Source: a virus (taxonomy: Duplodnaviria > Heunggongvirae > Uroviricota > Caudoviricetes). From it: a stretch of 57,047 nucleotides of DNA. A program made the translations under genes and the position numbers. The stretch lies in the IMG/VR virus record IMGVR_UViG_3300028887_000082; one strand, written 5' to 3'. A model generated the notes under the pieces. It saw only the letters and a list, made by a program, of their open reading frames with translations, did not search any database and had not been told where the DNA came from. Each line of letters starts with the position of its first letter. Position 1 is the first letter of the stretch. This document shows, piece by piece, positions 1 to 9,845 of this stretch.

Positions 1-945
1 CCAAAACTTAATGAAAATCCCATACTGATTAACCAGAAGTTGTATACCACATACAAGGATTTTGAAATTCCTAACATCAATGCAATAATAGATTATGACA
101 TACTGGGAAGTGTGAGTACAGCAGAACAGAACTTGTATAGAGCATTGTCTCCAAATTATGACATAATGGAGAATACACCTGTTATAATGACAGTTTATGG
201 TGTAAAATCCACATATATAAGTAATGGTTTTGAATACTACAACACAGAGAAGTTAAACACAATATTCATACCTGTTGAGGATAAGTCAAATGTAGTTGAA
301 GTGAAATGTGTTGAAGCAGAAGATGGAGATTATTTCAAGGTTTATCCGGAAGTTGATAATGATAGTATTTCATTCTCTGATTATATATACAATGTTTCCA
401 ATGGTCGTCCTGAAGACTATATTGTTTTCTATGAACTGACATTAAGAGAATATACACCTGACAATACAACTGAGGGAATTGTCACACACAGGGAACAATA
501 CATCATAAATGCTGCAAAACATTCAAATATTGAGAATGAAAAATATAAGACCAATGAGGATGAACTTGACAGTATTATGTATTACAGACCCATAGTCATC
601 AACAGTGCTAATATTGTAGAATTTACAATAGATGTAAATCTCAATATCATCAACACCCTTGACAACACAACAATAGTAAAGAGAACATCATTGAAATATA
701 GTCCAGAGAATGGTTATAATCCTAAAAAGTATGGAAAACATATGAATAAGATTTATCTTGGTAATGTTCCTGCACAAATCAATGTATATAACAAGAAACC
801 GGATATCAACAATGATGGTGTGAAGATTGTCAATAATGGAGGATCAAGCGTCAAGATTGAAAACCATCAGCACTCTGTGATAGGATTCATTGAATGTGTG
901 AATGTGGGAGTTTCAATTGAACAGATTCCAAAAGAGAACCTATAA
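1..945 (+). CDS. hypothetical protein, 5'-truncated by window edge
   Basis: Frame of ORF 40..945 is open back to position 1; no family recognised. Confidence 0.7.
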   Translation, partial: PKLNENPILINQKLYTTYKDFEIPNINAIIDYDILGSVSTAEQNLYRALSPNYDIMENTPVIMTVYGVKSTYISNGFEYYNTEKLNTIFIPVEDKSNVVEVKCVEAEDGDYFKVYPEVDNDSISFSDYIYNVSNGRPEDYIVFYELTLREYTPDNTTEGIVTHREQYIINAAKHSNIENEKYKTNEDELDSIMYYRPIVINSANIVEFTIDVNLNIINTLDNTTIVKRTSLKYSPENGYNPKKYGKHMNKIYLGNVPAQINVYNKKPDINNDGVKIVNNGGSSVKIENHQHSVIGFIECVNVGVSIEQIPKENL

Positions 946-949
946 AAGA

Positions 950-978
950 AAAGAGAACCAATTTGGTTCTCTTTTTAT
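950..978. terminator. bidirectional intrinsic terminator
   Basis: AAAGAGAACCA/TGGTTCTCTTT stem with A- and T-tracts between convergent genes. Confidence 0.8.
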
Positions 979-1470
979 TTAATCTTCTTTATCTTTCTTT
1001 TTCTTCTTTTCATCATCCTCATCATCCTCATCTTTTTCCTCCTTCTTTTCATCCTTTACCTTTGTTTCTTCCTCTTCCTCACCTTTCTCCTCCTTCTTTT
1101 CATCCTTTACTTCTGTCTCTTCCTCTTCCTCATGCTTTTCTTCTTTCTTCTCTTTCTTTTCAGGTTCAGATGATGTATCATCAGACTTCTTTTCAGGTTT
1201 TCTGGCAACACCCTTGCCACTGACAACATCTACACAGATGACATCATCATCCTGTTCTACAGGTATGATTTCAAATGCCTTGTTGAGTTCTGCATTTCTT
1301 TTTGCGAAAGATTTCGTTTCAGGAGACTCTTCTCTTTCACCTTCTGAAATCTTTTCATTCCAGAAAGTCTCATAATCCTTTACTGAACCCTGGTAGTAAC
1401 GGATTTTCTTCAAAAGGAAATTTTCCTGGTTATCTGCAACTTCTTTCTTATTTTTCTTTTCCTTATCCAT
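979..1470 (-). CDS. Glu/Lys-rich low-complexity protein with ~17-aa internal repeat
   Basis: Repeat KKEEK-x-EEEEET-x-VKDE; CATAAATA motif upstream on - strand (1501-1508). Confidence 0.7.
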   Translation of the reverse strand: MDKEKKNKKEVADNQENFLLKKIRYYQGSVKDYETFWNEKISEGEREESPETKSFAKRNAELNKAFEIIPVEQDDDVICVDVVSGKGVARKPEKKSDDTSSEPEKKEKKEEKHEEEEETEVKDEKKEEKGEEEEETKVKDEKKEEKDEDDEDDEKKKKKDKED

Positions 1471-1551
1471 AACTTAAATATAATATAATGTGATATAAAG
1501 TATTTATGGTTATACCATTTTTTGTTATATTTTATAAGTAATTTAGTGGTT

Positions 1552-2328
1552 ATGGGTAAAAGTTATTATGATGTACTGGGTGTGAAGTCAAATGCAACCC
1601 AGGATGAAATAAAAAAGGCATACAGAAACCTCTGTAAGAAGTATCATCCGGATAAAAACAAGGGTGATGATACAAAGATAAAGGAGGTCAATGAGGCATA
1701 TGCTGTCATTGGTGATGAAACCAAAAGGAAGGAGTATGATGCTCAAAATTCTATGGGTGGATTCGGAAGCGGATTCAGTGGATTCAATTTCAAACAGATG
1801 GCAAGAGACATCAATATGAACATAACTATCACTCTTGAAGATGCTTATTATGGATGTAAACACCCCATCAATGTAAATGGTAAGTTATATACTGTTGATG
1901 TCCCCAAGGGTATCACAAACGGAAGGATGTTGAGAATAGAAGGTCTTGGTCAGGCAGGTTACAACATATATGGTCAACCAGCAAAAGGAGATCTCATAGT
2001 AAGGGTAAATGTTCAGACATCAGATAAATTCAGTCTGACATCTATGACAAATGGTACAACTGTCCTTGAAATGATGCAGGCCATTGATTGGATAGATGCA
2101 ATCCTGGGAACAGAGATGACTGTCAAGGTATTTGACAGGAGTGTTAAGGTCAGGGTTCCGAAATTCACACAGAATGGAGGTTATGTTATGGTAGGAGGAC
2201 AGGGATTCCATAAGTACAATTCAGATGAATTGGGAAGTTTGAGGGTGAACTTCATAGTCAGGATGCCAAAGAGTCTCACTGATGAACAGATTAAACAACT
2301 ACAAAAAATAAAAGAGAGTCTTGAGTGA
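1552..2328 (+). CDS. dnaJ: DnaJ/CbpA-type co-chaperone (J domain plus C-terminal domain, no Zn finger)
   Basis: SYYDVLGV...EIKKAYR...YHPDKN J-domain with HPD; start moved to ATG 1552. Confidence 0.9.
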   Translation: MGKSYYDVLGVKSNATQDEIKKAYRNLCKKYHPDKNKGDDTKIKEVNEAYAVIGDETKRKEYDAQNSMGGFGSGFSGFNFKQMARDINMNITITLEDAYYGCKHPINVNGKLYTVDVPKGITNGRMLRIEGLGQAGYNIYGQPAKGDLIVRVNVQTSDKFSLTSMTNGTTVLEMMQAIDWIDAILGTEMTVKVFDRSVKVRVPKFTQNGGYVMVGGQGFHKYNSDELGSLRVNFIVRMPKSLTDEQIKQLQKIKESLE

Positions 2329-2339
2329 CTCTCTTTTTT
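2310..2339. terminator. bidirectional intrinsic terminator
   Basis: AAAAGAGAGTC/GACTCTCTTTT stem between convergent genes. Confidence 0.8.
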
Positions 2340-2355
2340 GATATATTGATTTGAA

Positions 2356-2913
2356 TTAGAATACAAAATCAATGATGTTGTTGATAACACCTGGATCACA
2401 CAGGAAATCTATGTTCACCTTTGCTTCATACTTATTACCGGATATTTCCCTTGATGAGAGTGACTTTTCCCTGTAGTAGTTCTTGAAGGCCTTTACAACA
2501 ACAGTGATGGTGTCAAGGTCAGTTGCCTTGGTGAGATCTGAATAGTTTGTTCTACCAATGAAAAGTTTACCAGGTTTCTGGACAATTATGTTGGGAAGGA
2601 TGTTCTCAACAAGGATTTTCTTCAATGTCTCTGTGTCTGCATCCTTGTTTACAGCATCAATGATGAATCCTCCGAATGACTGACCATTGATTGACTCATT
2701 CATAAGGTAACCCAGTTTGGTGATACCCTTCAGTTCACCATCAACAGTACCCTGGCAGTCAAACCAGAATGGGATTCTTTCTTCGATGAGTTTGCAAAGA
2801 ACTGTTTCAAAAGTGTTCTTGAAATCATTATAGGTGAGTTTTCTACCCTCCCTTTCATTTCTATAATTTGTCAAAGCCCCTTCAGTGAGGAACTGTTTCC
2901 AATTTGGCATCAT
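2356..2913 (-). CDS. hypothetical protein, possible internal head protein
   Basis: N-terminus MMPNWKQFLTE resembles T4 capsid-targeting sequence; CATAAATA at 2946-2953 (-). Confidence 0.65.
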   Translation of the reverse strand: MMPNWKQFLTEGALTNYRNEREGRKLTYNDFKNTFETVLCKLIEERIPFWFDCQGTVDGELKGITKLGYLMNESINGQSFGGFIIDAVNKDADTETLKKILVENILPNIIVQKPGKLFIGRTNYSDLTKATDLDTITVVVKAFKNYYREKSLSSREISGNKYEAKVNIDFLCDPGVINNIIDFVF

Positions 2914-2945
2914 AATGTTATACTGTTTAAATTTTTACTATATTA

Positions 2946-2967
2946 TATTTATGAAAAGCCATAAATA
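2946..2967. promoter_or_regulatory. divergent pair of T4-like late promoter motifs (CATAAATA)
   Basis: TATTTATG 2946-2953 (-) and CATAAATA 2960-2967 (+) between divergent genes. Confidence 0.55.
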
Positions 2968-2971
2968 ACTT

Positions 2972-3916
2972 ATGAGAAAAATCAGTGAAATATTAAGTGA
3001 ATCTGTCTGGGGTGGAATACTTGACAGGGGTGCTGGAAATAAGATAAGAAAGGAGGATGACATCAATAATCTTGATGGTGAGGGATTATATGATTATATA
3101 AAATCCCATTATAAACTCTTTAATACTATTGATATGGCATATTTACCAGAATCAAGTAGAATTGATGTTCCTATTTTTATGCGTGGAGGTAGTAGAGGAC
3201 TATCTTTCAATTATGAAAAAAAGGTAGTGTTTACAAATTATTTTATGCCATATAGCATATCTGGTTTATTTCCAAAATTGACACATAGATTTACAGTGAA
3301 GGCAGATTCAGATGAAAACCCATCACTTTATATGATTTATCCAAAAGATGATGTTAGAATTGAAGTGACAAACAAATTCTTTATTGAAGTCATTGATTTC
3401 CTTCTGGAAAATGTTCCTGAAAATGATAGATGCATAGAAAAAATAGTTGAAGAATCAGTCTGGGGAGGTATCCTTGACAGAGGTGCTGGTGAGACCATAA
3501 GGAAAGAGAATGATGTGGATAATATGGATCCAGAAACATTCAAAGAATATTTGAAAAGATTATATAAACCTCTGAATTCATATGCCATAATAATCAATTC
3601 AAAAGGTATAATAAGTGTTCCAATTATAAAAAAAGATGTAAATTGTAGTATATGCTTCAACACTAATGTTGAAAAAAATGGTATATCTATTACAGATGAT
3701 ATTATTAATTATGTAAATGGTTTACTCAACAAATTGGAACATATTTATATGGTTGATGAAGTTGATATACAAATAAGTAAGGTTTATATAATCTCACCAA
3801 AGGATGAAAGTGATGTAACAAATTCATTTTTTATTGAAGTGGTTAATTTCCTTTTGAAGAATATACCTGATTCCTACACCAAATCACTTGAAATCATTGA
3901 CAAAAATCATAAATAA
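2972..3916 (+). CDS. two-repeat hypothetical protein, possible internal head protein
   Basis: Two ~155-aa repeats each starting ESVWGGILDRGAG..IRKE. Confidence 0.75.
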   Translation: MRKISEILSESVWGGILDRGAGNKIRKEDDINNLDGEGLYDYIKSHYKLFNTIDMAYLPESSRIDVPIFMRGGSRGLSFNYEKKVVFTNYFMPYSISGLFPKLTHRFTVKADSDENPSLYMIYPKDDVRIEVTNKFFIEVIDFLLENVPENDRCIEKIVEESVWGGILDRGAGETIRKENDVDNMDPETFKEYLKRLYKPLNSYAIIINSKGIISVPIIKKDVNCSICFNTNVEKNGISITDDIINYVNGLLNKLEHIYMVDEVDIQISKVYIISPKDESDVTNSFFIEVVNFLLKNIPDSYTKSLEIIDKNHK

Positions 3917-3935
3917 CATATAAGAAGTTTATAAT

Positions 3936-4247
3936 ATGGAAAATATTAAGAAAAGATTGTCTGAAATAATTGAGCAGGCAAGCAGTGTATCACCAAAGTG
4001 TCAGTATTGCCAGTCATATAAGACCGGCGGTTGCTCATTCGGTTGTGTGAATGAGAGGGTAAGAATAACATCTCCCAATTATTCTTGTGAGAATTTCAAT
4101 GCCAACTATACACTCAATGAGAAGACACTTGACAATTTGAAAGACCTCTTGAAGGCAGCTGAAAGAGTTGATGATGGTATGAAGAATCTGGATCTCCTCC
4201 TTTCAGGTAAGATTACTGAAGATGAGTTTAATGATATTGTAGGATAA
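3936..4247 (+). CDS. hypothetical protein with Cys cluster
   Basis: CQYC...GGCSFGC...CENF. Confidence 0.7.
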   Translation: MENIKKRLSEIIEQASSVSPKCQYCQSYKTGGCSFGCVNERVRITSPNYSCENFNANYTLNEKTLDNLKDLLKAAERVDDGMKNLDLLLSGKITEDEFNDIVG

Positions 4248-4248
4248 T

Positions 4249-4740
4249 ATGCAGAAGGATGTATTGAAATTTGAGGATTTTGTCAATGAGGAATTGAACT
4301 ATACAGATTACATTCACCCTGATAATGGTGTCTGCCGTTTGAGTGACAGGTGGTTCTATTATAACCTGGATGATGATATCATATATGGTACAGATGAGAA
4401 ACCGGTCCTGGATGACAATATCCTCTTTGCATTTAATCCTGTTTCCTGCACAATCATAGTGGATGGTGAGGAGAAACAGTATGATGTCAATAATCCAATA
4501 TGTCTCATCCATTATGACACTGTAAACAATGAGGTATTTTTCTTTATAAAAGAAGAAAAAGGTTATGATCCCCTGGAATATTTGCAACTTGAGTTTGATT
4601 TCAAGGGAGATGACCTCACATCAACTCGTTCAAGACATAGATTGGAATATCTGTTCCAGAAACAGGATAATGACAAACTCATACTTATCTATGGAGACCA
4701 GTTGATTGCATCCAATTTTGATGTGATAGAAGAAAATTAA
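4249..4740 (+). CDS. hypothetical protein, possible internal head protein
   Basis: N-terminus LKFEDFVNE resembles capsid-targeting sequence. Confidence 0.7.
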   Translation: MQKDVLKFEDFVNEELNYTDYIHPDNGVCRLSDRWFYYNLDDDIIYGTDEKPVLDDNILFAFNPVSCTIIVDGEEKQYDVNNPICLIHYDTVNNEVFFFIKEEKGYDPLEYLQLEFDFKGDDLTSTRSRHRLEYLFQKQDNDKLILIYGDQLIASNFDVIEEN

Positions 4741-4745
4741 AGATT

Positions 4746-5084
4746 ATGACTATGTTTGTAAAATCTTTCAAAGAATTTATTAATGAAAATATAGAGAAAA
4801 CAAATCAAATAAACCTTGATGAGATAGATCAGTTGTTTGATTATGAACTGTTTGATAATGGTGATACCAATTATTATTTCACTACTGATAAACCTTCTCC
4901 AAATAATGATGATACAATGGCACAGTTCCTTGATATGGTTGAAGAAAGTGATGATTCAATAACTTGGGAGGTTGATGGTTCACAGGCATTTGCTGAAAGA
5001 CCTGATGGAACAAAGATACAACTTGATGCCGGAGGTGATGGAGACTTCACACATCATTTGGTTATGGTTACTGTTATTAAATAA
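4746..5084 (+). CDS. acidic hypothetical protein, possible internal head protein
   Basis: N-terminus KSFKEFINE resembles T4 MKTYQEFIAE. Confidence 0.7.
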   Translation: MTMFVKSFKEFINENIEKTNQINLDEIDQLFDYELFDNGDTNYYFTTDKPSPNNDDTMAQFLDMVEESDDSITWEVDGSQAFAERPDGTKIQLDAGGDGDFTHHLVMVTVIK

Positions 5085-5106
5085 AATACATAACATATGA
5101 AAATAG

Positions 5107-5135
5107 AAAGGGTTGGATTTCTCCAACCCTTTGTT
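5107..5135 (+). terminator. intrinsic terminator
   Basis: 11-bp stem AAAGGGTTGGA/TCCAACCCTTT. Confidence 0.65.
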
Positions 5136-5220
5136 GTTACCTGGGTGTCTAAATTGTTTCTGAGCACCTCATCTGGTAACAATATGTTGTGTGTTTTGTT
5201 ATATTTATGATATGGATTTT

Positions 5221-5252
5221 TTTGGATATTTGAAATAAATTCATTATCTTTG
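5221..5252 (+). promoter_or_regulatory. Bacteroidota sigma70-type promoter
   Basis: TTTG (5221) - 20 nt - TATCTTTG (5245). Confidence 0.75.
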
Positions 5253-5271
5253 TAGTGTAAATAGATAAAAT

Positions 5272-5685
5272 ATGAGTAAAGTAAAAAGACCGCAATTTTT
5301 TGCATTGTACAAGGATTTTCCAAATGGTGAAATAAAACCATATGATGTGCTTGGAGTTATTTTTGACAGGATTTTCACATCAAAGGGGACAATCAGTACC
5401 AATAATTTCTATATCTTTGATGATAAGTGGAACAGGATTCCTGTCAGAACAAAGGAGCAACTCCAGATGTTCATTGATGATTGGTTCAAATATCATTTCT
5501 GGGCAAAGTGTGAATGGGAATTTGTTGTCATAGACTGGCCATATAGGGATACAATAAAGGATTCACATCCTGTCAAGATTGATGTGTACAGTCAGCTCAA
5601 ACCCAATATACCATTCATTACTGATGTGGTATGGAATTACATTGAACCAAAACTTTCAAAACTGATAGCAAAGGAGAATGAATAA
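5272..5685 (+). CDS. hypothetical protein
   Basis: ORF directly after promoter, tightly packed with next gene. Confidence 0.75.
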   Translation: MSKVKRPQFFALYKDFPNGEIKPYDVLGVIFDRIFTSKGTISTNNFYIFDDKWNRIPVRTKEQLQMFIDDWFKYHFWAKCEWEFVVIDWPYRDTIKDSHPVKIDVYSQLKPNIPFITDVVWNYIEPKLSKLIAKENE

Positions 5686-6178
5686 ACTTTTCATTGATGA
5701 CCTCATTGATAGGTTTGGATGTGAACTGGAAACCATCTTGTGTGGTGACCAGAATATGGTGAAGTCAAAACTCATTGAGTTCGGTGATTGTGACAGGTTT
5801 CCTATGATCTGTTATGAACACACCAATGACAGTAACTTTGAGGTGGATTTGTCTGAAACCAAGTTCCTGAATGACCCCATCCATGCCGGTACCTGGATTA
5901 TGGGTATCAATGATGATGAAATTGTCTTCATCCTCAATCTCAAGAACAGGAACAACATTTCATTTGAGATTGATGTATTTGAAGTCAGGGATGAATTGAG
6001 GGGTTCAGGAATAGGATCCAATCTGATTGCTGTGGTGGAATCTGTTGCAGAGGAATACTACAAATGTATTGTGGTGAGTCCTTTTGACACAGATGCACAG
6101 AATTTCTGGGAGAAAATGGAATATGAGACAATGCATACCGGTAACCTAATAAAGAGACTTACTTATGGAGAAAGTTGA
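5678..6178 (+). CDS. GNAT-family acetyltransferase
   Basis: Acetyl-CoA motif A FEVRDELRGSGIGSNLI; FWEKMEY. Confidence 0.75.
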   Translation: MNKLFIDDLIDRFGCELETILCGDQNMVKSKLIEFGDCDRFPMICYEHTNDSNFEVDLSETKFLNDPIHAGTWIMGINDDEIVFILNLKNRNNISFEIDVFEVRDELRGSGIGSNLIAVVESVAEEYYKCIVVSPFDTDAQNFWEKMEYETMHTGNLIKRLTYGES

Positions 6179-6515
6179 TGAAAAATGGCTGAAAAAGCAT
6201 GGTTGGAAATGCTGGGTTGATGAGGTGACAGAAGACTGGGATTACAATACAAAAATCATCACCCATCATACTGTATATGTGAAGAGTGAGGGTACTCCAT
6301 CTTCCAAGAAGTACAAAAGAGCCAGGTGGGACCATACATACAGGAGAAAGTATCTTGTCAGTAAGAAGACAGGTAAGGAATATTTTACAGGTACTTCAAA
6401 TTACTATATGTTCAGTGCCTTCGGTGACATATTCAATGTCGATAACAGGATCTCCCATAGGAAATTTGATGCGGAAAAGATTGAGGCCGCTTTAACACTT
6501 TGTGGAATTAAATAA
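6165..6515 (+). CDS. hypothetical protein
   Basis: Overlapping operon-like packing. Confidence 0.7.
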   Translation: MEKVDEKWLKKHGWKCWVDEVTEDWDYNTKIITHHTVYVKSEGTPSSKKYKRARWDHTYRRKYLVSKKTGKEYFTGTSNYYMFSAFGDIFNVDNRISHRKFDAEKIEAALTLCGIK

Positions 6516-6523
6516 TCAATGAT

Positions 6524-6802
6524 ATGAAGAATTTTTTAGTTTTAGTTATTTCACTGATGTTGCTTATTGGGTGTGGTCCATCAACATCAAGTTCAAGTCA
6601 GAGTTCAAGTACAAAAAATGCAACTGAAATTCGAGAGAGTAACAGGCATAATTTTGTCATAAAGAATGAGTGGGGTACAACCCAGATACAGAAGGCCAAG
6701 GTAATAGGTGTAGATAGATATGACTATCTAATCCAGAGGTTTGACTATGAGGGTAACACATACATTCTGTATAAGGAGACAATAATCCAGGTAAACAAGT
6801 AA
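6524..6802 (+). CDS. putative lipoprotein
   Basis: Hydrophobic signal ending LLIGC. Confidence 0.7.
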   Translation: MKNFLVLVISLMLLIGCGPSTSSSSQSSSTKNATEIRESNRHNFVIKNEWGTTQIQKAKVIGVDRYDYLIQRFDYEGNTYILYKETIIQVNK

Positions 6803-6804
6803 TT

Positions 6805-7077
6805 ATGGAAGATAAGAATTTCAACCTTGATTTCAATTTCCTTAAAACAGGATTCTGGCTCACAATTTTCCTTGGTGTTATGAAGATCATGAAGGTTGTG
6901 GATATATCCAACTTCTGTGTCTTCCTACCTTTTATTGTTGCTGTAGGACTTATGTTCCTTCTGATATTCATTATTGGTCTTATTACATTGTATCTGATGA
7001 ATAATATGGAAAATGAACCCCAAAAGGATGATAAAGAGGGGGATAAGGATGAGTCTGAAGATGGGGATGAGTCATAA
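6805..7077 (+). CDS. small membrane protein
   Basis: Two hydrophobic segments, acidic tail. Confidence 0.7.
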   Translation: MEDKNFNLDFNFLKTGFWLTIFLGVMKIMKVVDISNFCVFLPFIVAVGLMFLLIFIIGLITLYLMNNMENEPQKDDKEGDKDESEDGDES

Positions 7078-7107
7078 ATACTATTATACAATGTAATTTT
7101 AATTGTT

Positions 7108-7392
7108 ATGACTATTCGTGAAATTATCAATTCTCTTGAAGCAGAGAAAAATCAACTCAAAGAGGAACTCAATAACCTCAAAGAGGAAAAGAAACAACTC
7201 CAGGAGGCAAATAATACTCTCAAGAAAAAGAATGAGAAACTTGAGGCAGAGAATGAAAGTCTCCATGAGGAAATAAAGTCTATGTATGAACCTTCAAAAG
7301 ATGTTTATACACCTATGGAAGATGAGACTGAAAAACCAAAGAGAAACAGGAAAAAGAAAGTTGAACCTATAGAAGAATTGGAAAATGCCTAA
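7108..7392 (+). CDS. coiled-coil protein
   Basis: Heptad-like E/K/L pattern; CATAAATA at 7073-7080. Confidence 0.7.
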   Translation: MTIREIINSLEAEKNQLKEELNNLKEEKKQLQEANNTLKKKNEKLEAENESLHEEIKSMYEPSKDVYTPMEDETEKPKRNRKKKVEPIEELENA

Positions 7393-7690
7393 AAACTGGA
7401 GAGAAAATCTCAAATTCAAAATCAAGAAACTTGAGAAAGGTGACACATTTTATACCTATGATGGTTATAAGAATCACATCCTGGATTTTGTAAATGATGA
7501 GAAGACTGACACCAAACTTGTTGTATATAAGTCTTGGTTGAAGTACAAAGGATATTGGGGTTATTACTGCAAAAGTATAGAAGAACTGTTATATGGAATA
7601 TGTCTTCTGTATGAGGATGTAATTCCCAAAAAAGACAGAGTCAAGTTTTTTGAAATGAATGGTGCTGATTGTATGGGTTGGGTTAAATAA
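7385..7690 (+). CDS. hypothetical protein
   Basis: Operon packing. Confidence 0.7.
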   Translation: MPKNWRENLKFKIKKLEKGDTFYTYDGYKNHILDFVNDEKTDTKLVVYKSWLKYKGYWGYYCKSIEELLYGICLLYEDVIPKKDRVKFFEMNGADCMGWVK

Positions 7691-7698
7691 TTAGATTT

Positions 7699-8586
7699 AT
7701 GTCAAATGTTTTGAATATTGCTCTCAGAAAGGATGCTTTCGAGAAGCTCATAAATGGGGAAACCAATGAAATCCCCATAAAGAAAAATGACTGGTGGAAG
7801 AAGAGACTGATTGACCAGGAGACAGGTGTATATAAGAAGTTTGATACTGCCAGTGTCACTTGCGGATCCGCAGAGAAATTCCTTTATACAATTGAAAAGA
7901 TTGAACTGAAGGGTAACAAGTTCATCATCACTGTTGAACCAGTTAGATGGATAGATAGTAATGGTGATATTGTTGAACCGGGTGATTCTGATTCAGATTC
8001 GGATTTTGATGATTTTTCAGAGGAGTTGAAGGATACAAACAAGAATCCTGAACTTCTTGAACCCACCAATGTCAATCCTGTCACAATGAATCCTGATGGC
8101 AGTGTAACCCAGACAGTACCCCATATATTGACAGAGGAGGAAAAACAGGCAATAATCCAGAAGTATATGAAGAAAGTCCAGGCCCAGCTCACTGATGACA
8201 TAGAGGAGAATGATGTTGATGTGAAGACCAGGGTATTGAACATTCTTGATTCATTCTGTGAGAATAAGGATGTGTTTGTTGTCAATATGCCGAATGTCAC
8301 AATCAGGTATAATGGTCAGATTGTTGGTTATCATGGAGGACGTAAACTTATCGCAGATCGTGACTCTGATGTGAGGATAGACTTCAAGAAGCATGAACTT
8401 GTCATGATGCAATATGAAACCAATGATGATGGTTTTATCAAGTACATCAATGATTACCTGGACAGCATGCTTAAGAACAATTATGTGTTCATCAACCGGA
8501 AATCCAGTGGGTTCTATATGGATGCAAATGGTGAATTGGTCTTCAGGATATTTGCGGTGTCAAAGAAGAAATACCTGTTCAAATAA
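7699..8586 (+). CDS. hypothetical protein, N-terminus weakly ASCH-like
   Basis: LNIALRKDAFEKLINGE...WWKKRL resembles ASCH N-terminus; low certainty on function. Confidence 0.65.
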   Translation: MSNVLNIALRKDAFEKLINGETNEIPIKKNDWWKKRLIDQETGVYKKFDTASVTCGSAEKFLYTIEKIELKGNKFIITVEPVRWIDSNGDIVEPGDSDSDSDFDDFSEELKDTNKNPELLEPTNVNPVTMNPDGSVTQTVPHILTEEEKQAIIQKYMKKVQAQLTDDIEENDVDVKTRVLNILDSFCENKDVFVVNMPNVTIRYNGQIVGYHGGRKLIADRDSDVRIDFKKHELVMMQYETNDDGFIKYINDYLDSMLKNNYVFINRKSSGFYMDANGELVFRIFAVSKKKYLFK

Positions 8587-8593
8587 AAAGATG

Positions 8594-8624
8594 AAAAAGA
8601 GGGTGAGCAATCATCCTCTTTTTT
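8594..8624 (+). terminator. intrinsic terminator
   Basis: AAAAAGAGGGTGA/TCATCCTCTTTTT stem plus T-tract. Confidence 0.8.
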
Positions 8625-8659
8625 GTTATATTTAATTGTGTAATTTTAATCTTAAATAT

Positions 8660-9319
8660 ATGACAGAATTTGAAAAGTTTTTAAGAGGCAATAATGTGTC
8701 TTCTCTGACATTAGGTAAGTATTCATCAAAAATCAATGCCGGTTACATCAACCCCACAATTCTTGAAGAGAGGAAGATGAATGTGACACAGATGGATGTG
8801 TTCTCAAGACTTATGCAGGATAGAATCATCTTCCTTGGTACCGAGATTGATGCAGATGTGGCCAATATCATAAATGCCCAGCTTCTGTGGTTGGACAGTA
8901 TGGGTGAAGAGGAAATAACAATGATGATCAATTCTCCAGGTGGTGTGTGTTATGATGGCCTGGCCATTATTGACACAATGAACTACATATCATCACCTAT
9001 CACAACACAATGTGTAGGTATGGCAGCATCAATGGCTGCTGTCATTCTGTCTGCCGGTGAGAAGGGTCACCGTTTCGCACTTCCTCATTCAAGGGTTATG
9101 ATTCATCAGCCTATTGGTGGTGCTCATGGTCAGGCAAGTGATATCCTCATTGAGGCAGAACAGATCAAGATATTGAAGGATGAACTGTGTGGTATTATTG
9201 CAGAGAATTCAGGTAAACCACTTAAGCAGGTTCTGAAGGATGCAGACAGGGATTACTGGATGATTGCCTCTGAAGCAAAGGAATATGGTTTGATTGATAA
9301 TATAATCACAAAGAAATAA
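8660..9319 (+). CDS. clpP: ATP-dependent Clp protease proteolytic subunit
   Basis: DRIIFLG, INSPGG, GMAASMAA (catalytic Ser), RVMIHQP (His); start at ATG 8660. Confidence 0.95.
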   Translation: MTEFEKFLRGNNVSSLTLGKYSSKINAGYINPTILEERKMNVTQMDVFSRLMQDRIIFLGTEIDADVANIINAQLLWLDSMGEEEITMMINSPGGVCYDGLAIIDTMNYISSPITTQCVGMAASMAAVILSAGEKGHRFALPHSRVMIHQPIGGAHGQASDILIEAEQIKILKDELCGIIAENSGKPLKQVLKDADRDYWMIASEAKEYGLIDNIITKK

Positions 9320-9320
9320 T

Positions 9321-9614
9321 ATGAAACAGATTTACAAAAAGAAACCTGAATATCTGGATGTTGTATTTGTAGCGGATGACACCCAGAGTATCAAGGATGT
9401 ATATGAGATGGCAGGTGTTGATAATGCCAATATACACTTTGATTCAAATGGTGAGAGGGTTATTACCCTGGATGAGAACACCAACATCACTGTTGGAATG
9501 GTTGTGTTCAAGGATAAGAAGACAGGTAAACTTGTGGTTATGCCACAGGAGAAACTCCTTCAGTTCTATGATGTTTATGATGAAGAGGTAATATCAGATA
9601 CAAAAGATAAATAA
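9321..9614 (+). CDS. hypothetical protein
   Basis: Operon packing. Confidence 0.7.
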   Translation: MKQIYKKKPEYLDVVFVADDTQSIKDVYEMAGVDNANIHFDSNGERVITLDENTNITVGMVVFKDKKTGKLVVMPQEKLLQFYDVYDEEVISDTKDK

Positions 9615-9616
9615 TT

Positions 9617-9844
9617 ATGAGTTACAAAGTTAATAAGGAAAATTCCAATGTATCAACCACATGGAGTATTGAAAAATTATATGAGACAGCATTAACGGTT
9701 GAGAATCTTGTTGATACACTCAAAGTAGTGGATGCTTTAAAGAAAAAATATCCTAAAGATGATACTATTGCAGCATTTGATGAGGTTGTAAGGGAAGAGT
9801 TGTGCAATATGTTCGGTGGAACACTTAATGATGAGGAGAAATAA
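9617..9844 (+). CDS. hypothetical protein
   Basis: Operon packing. Confidence 0.65.
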   Translation: MSYKVNKENSNVSTTWSIEKLYETALTVENLVDTLKVVDALKKKYPKDDTIAAFDEVVREELCNMFGGTLNDEEK

Positions 9845-9845
9845 T

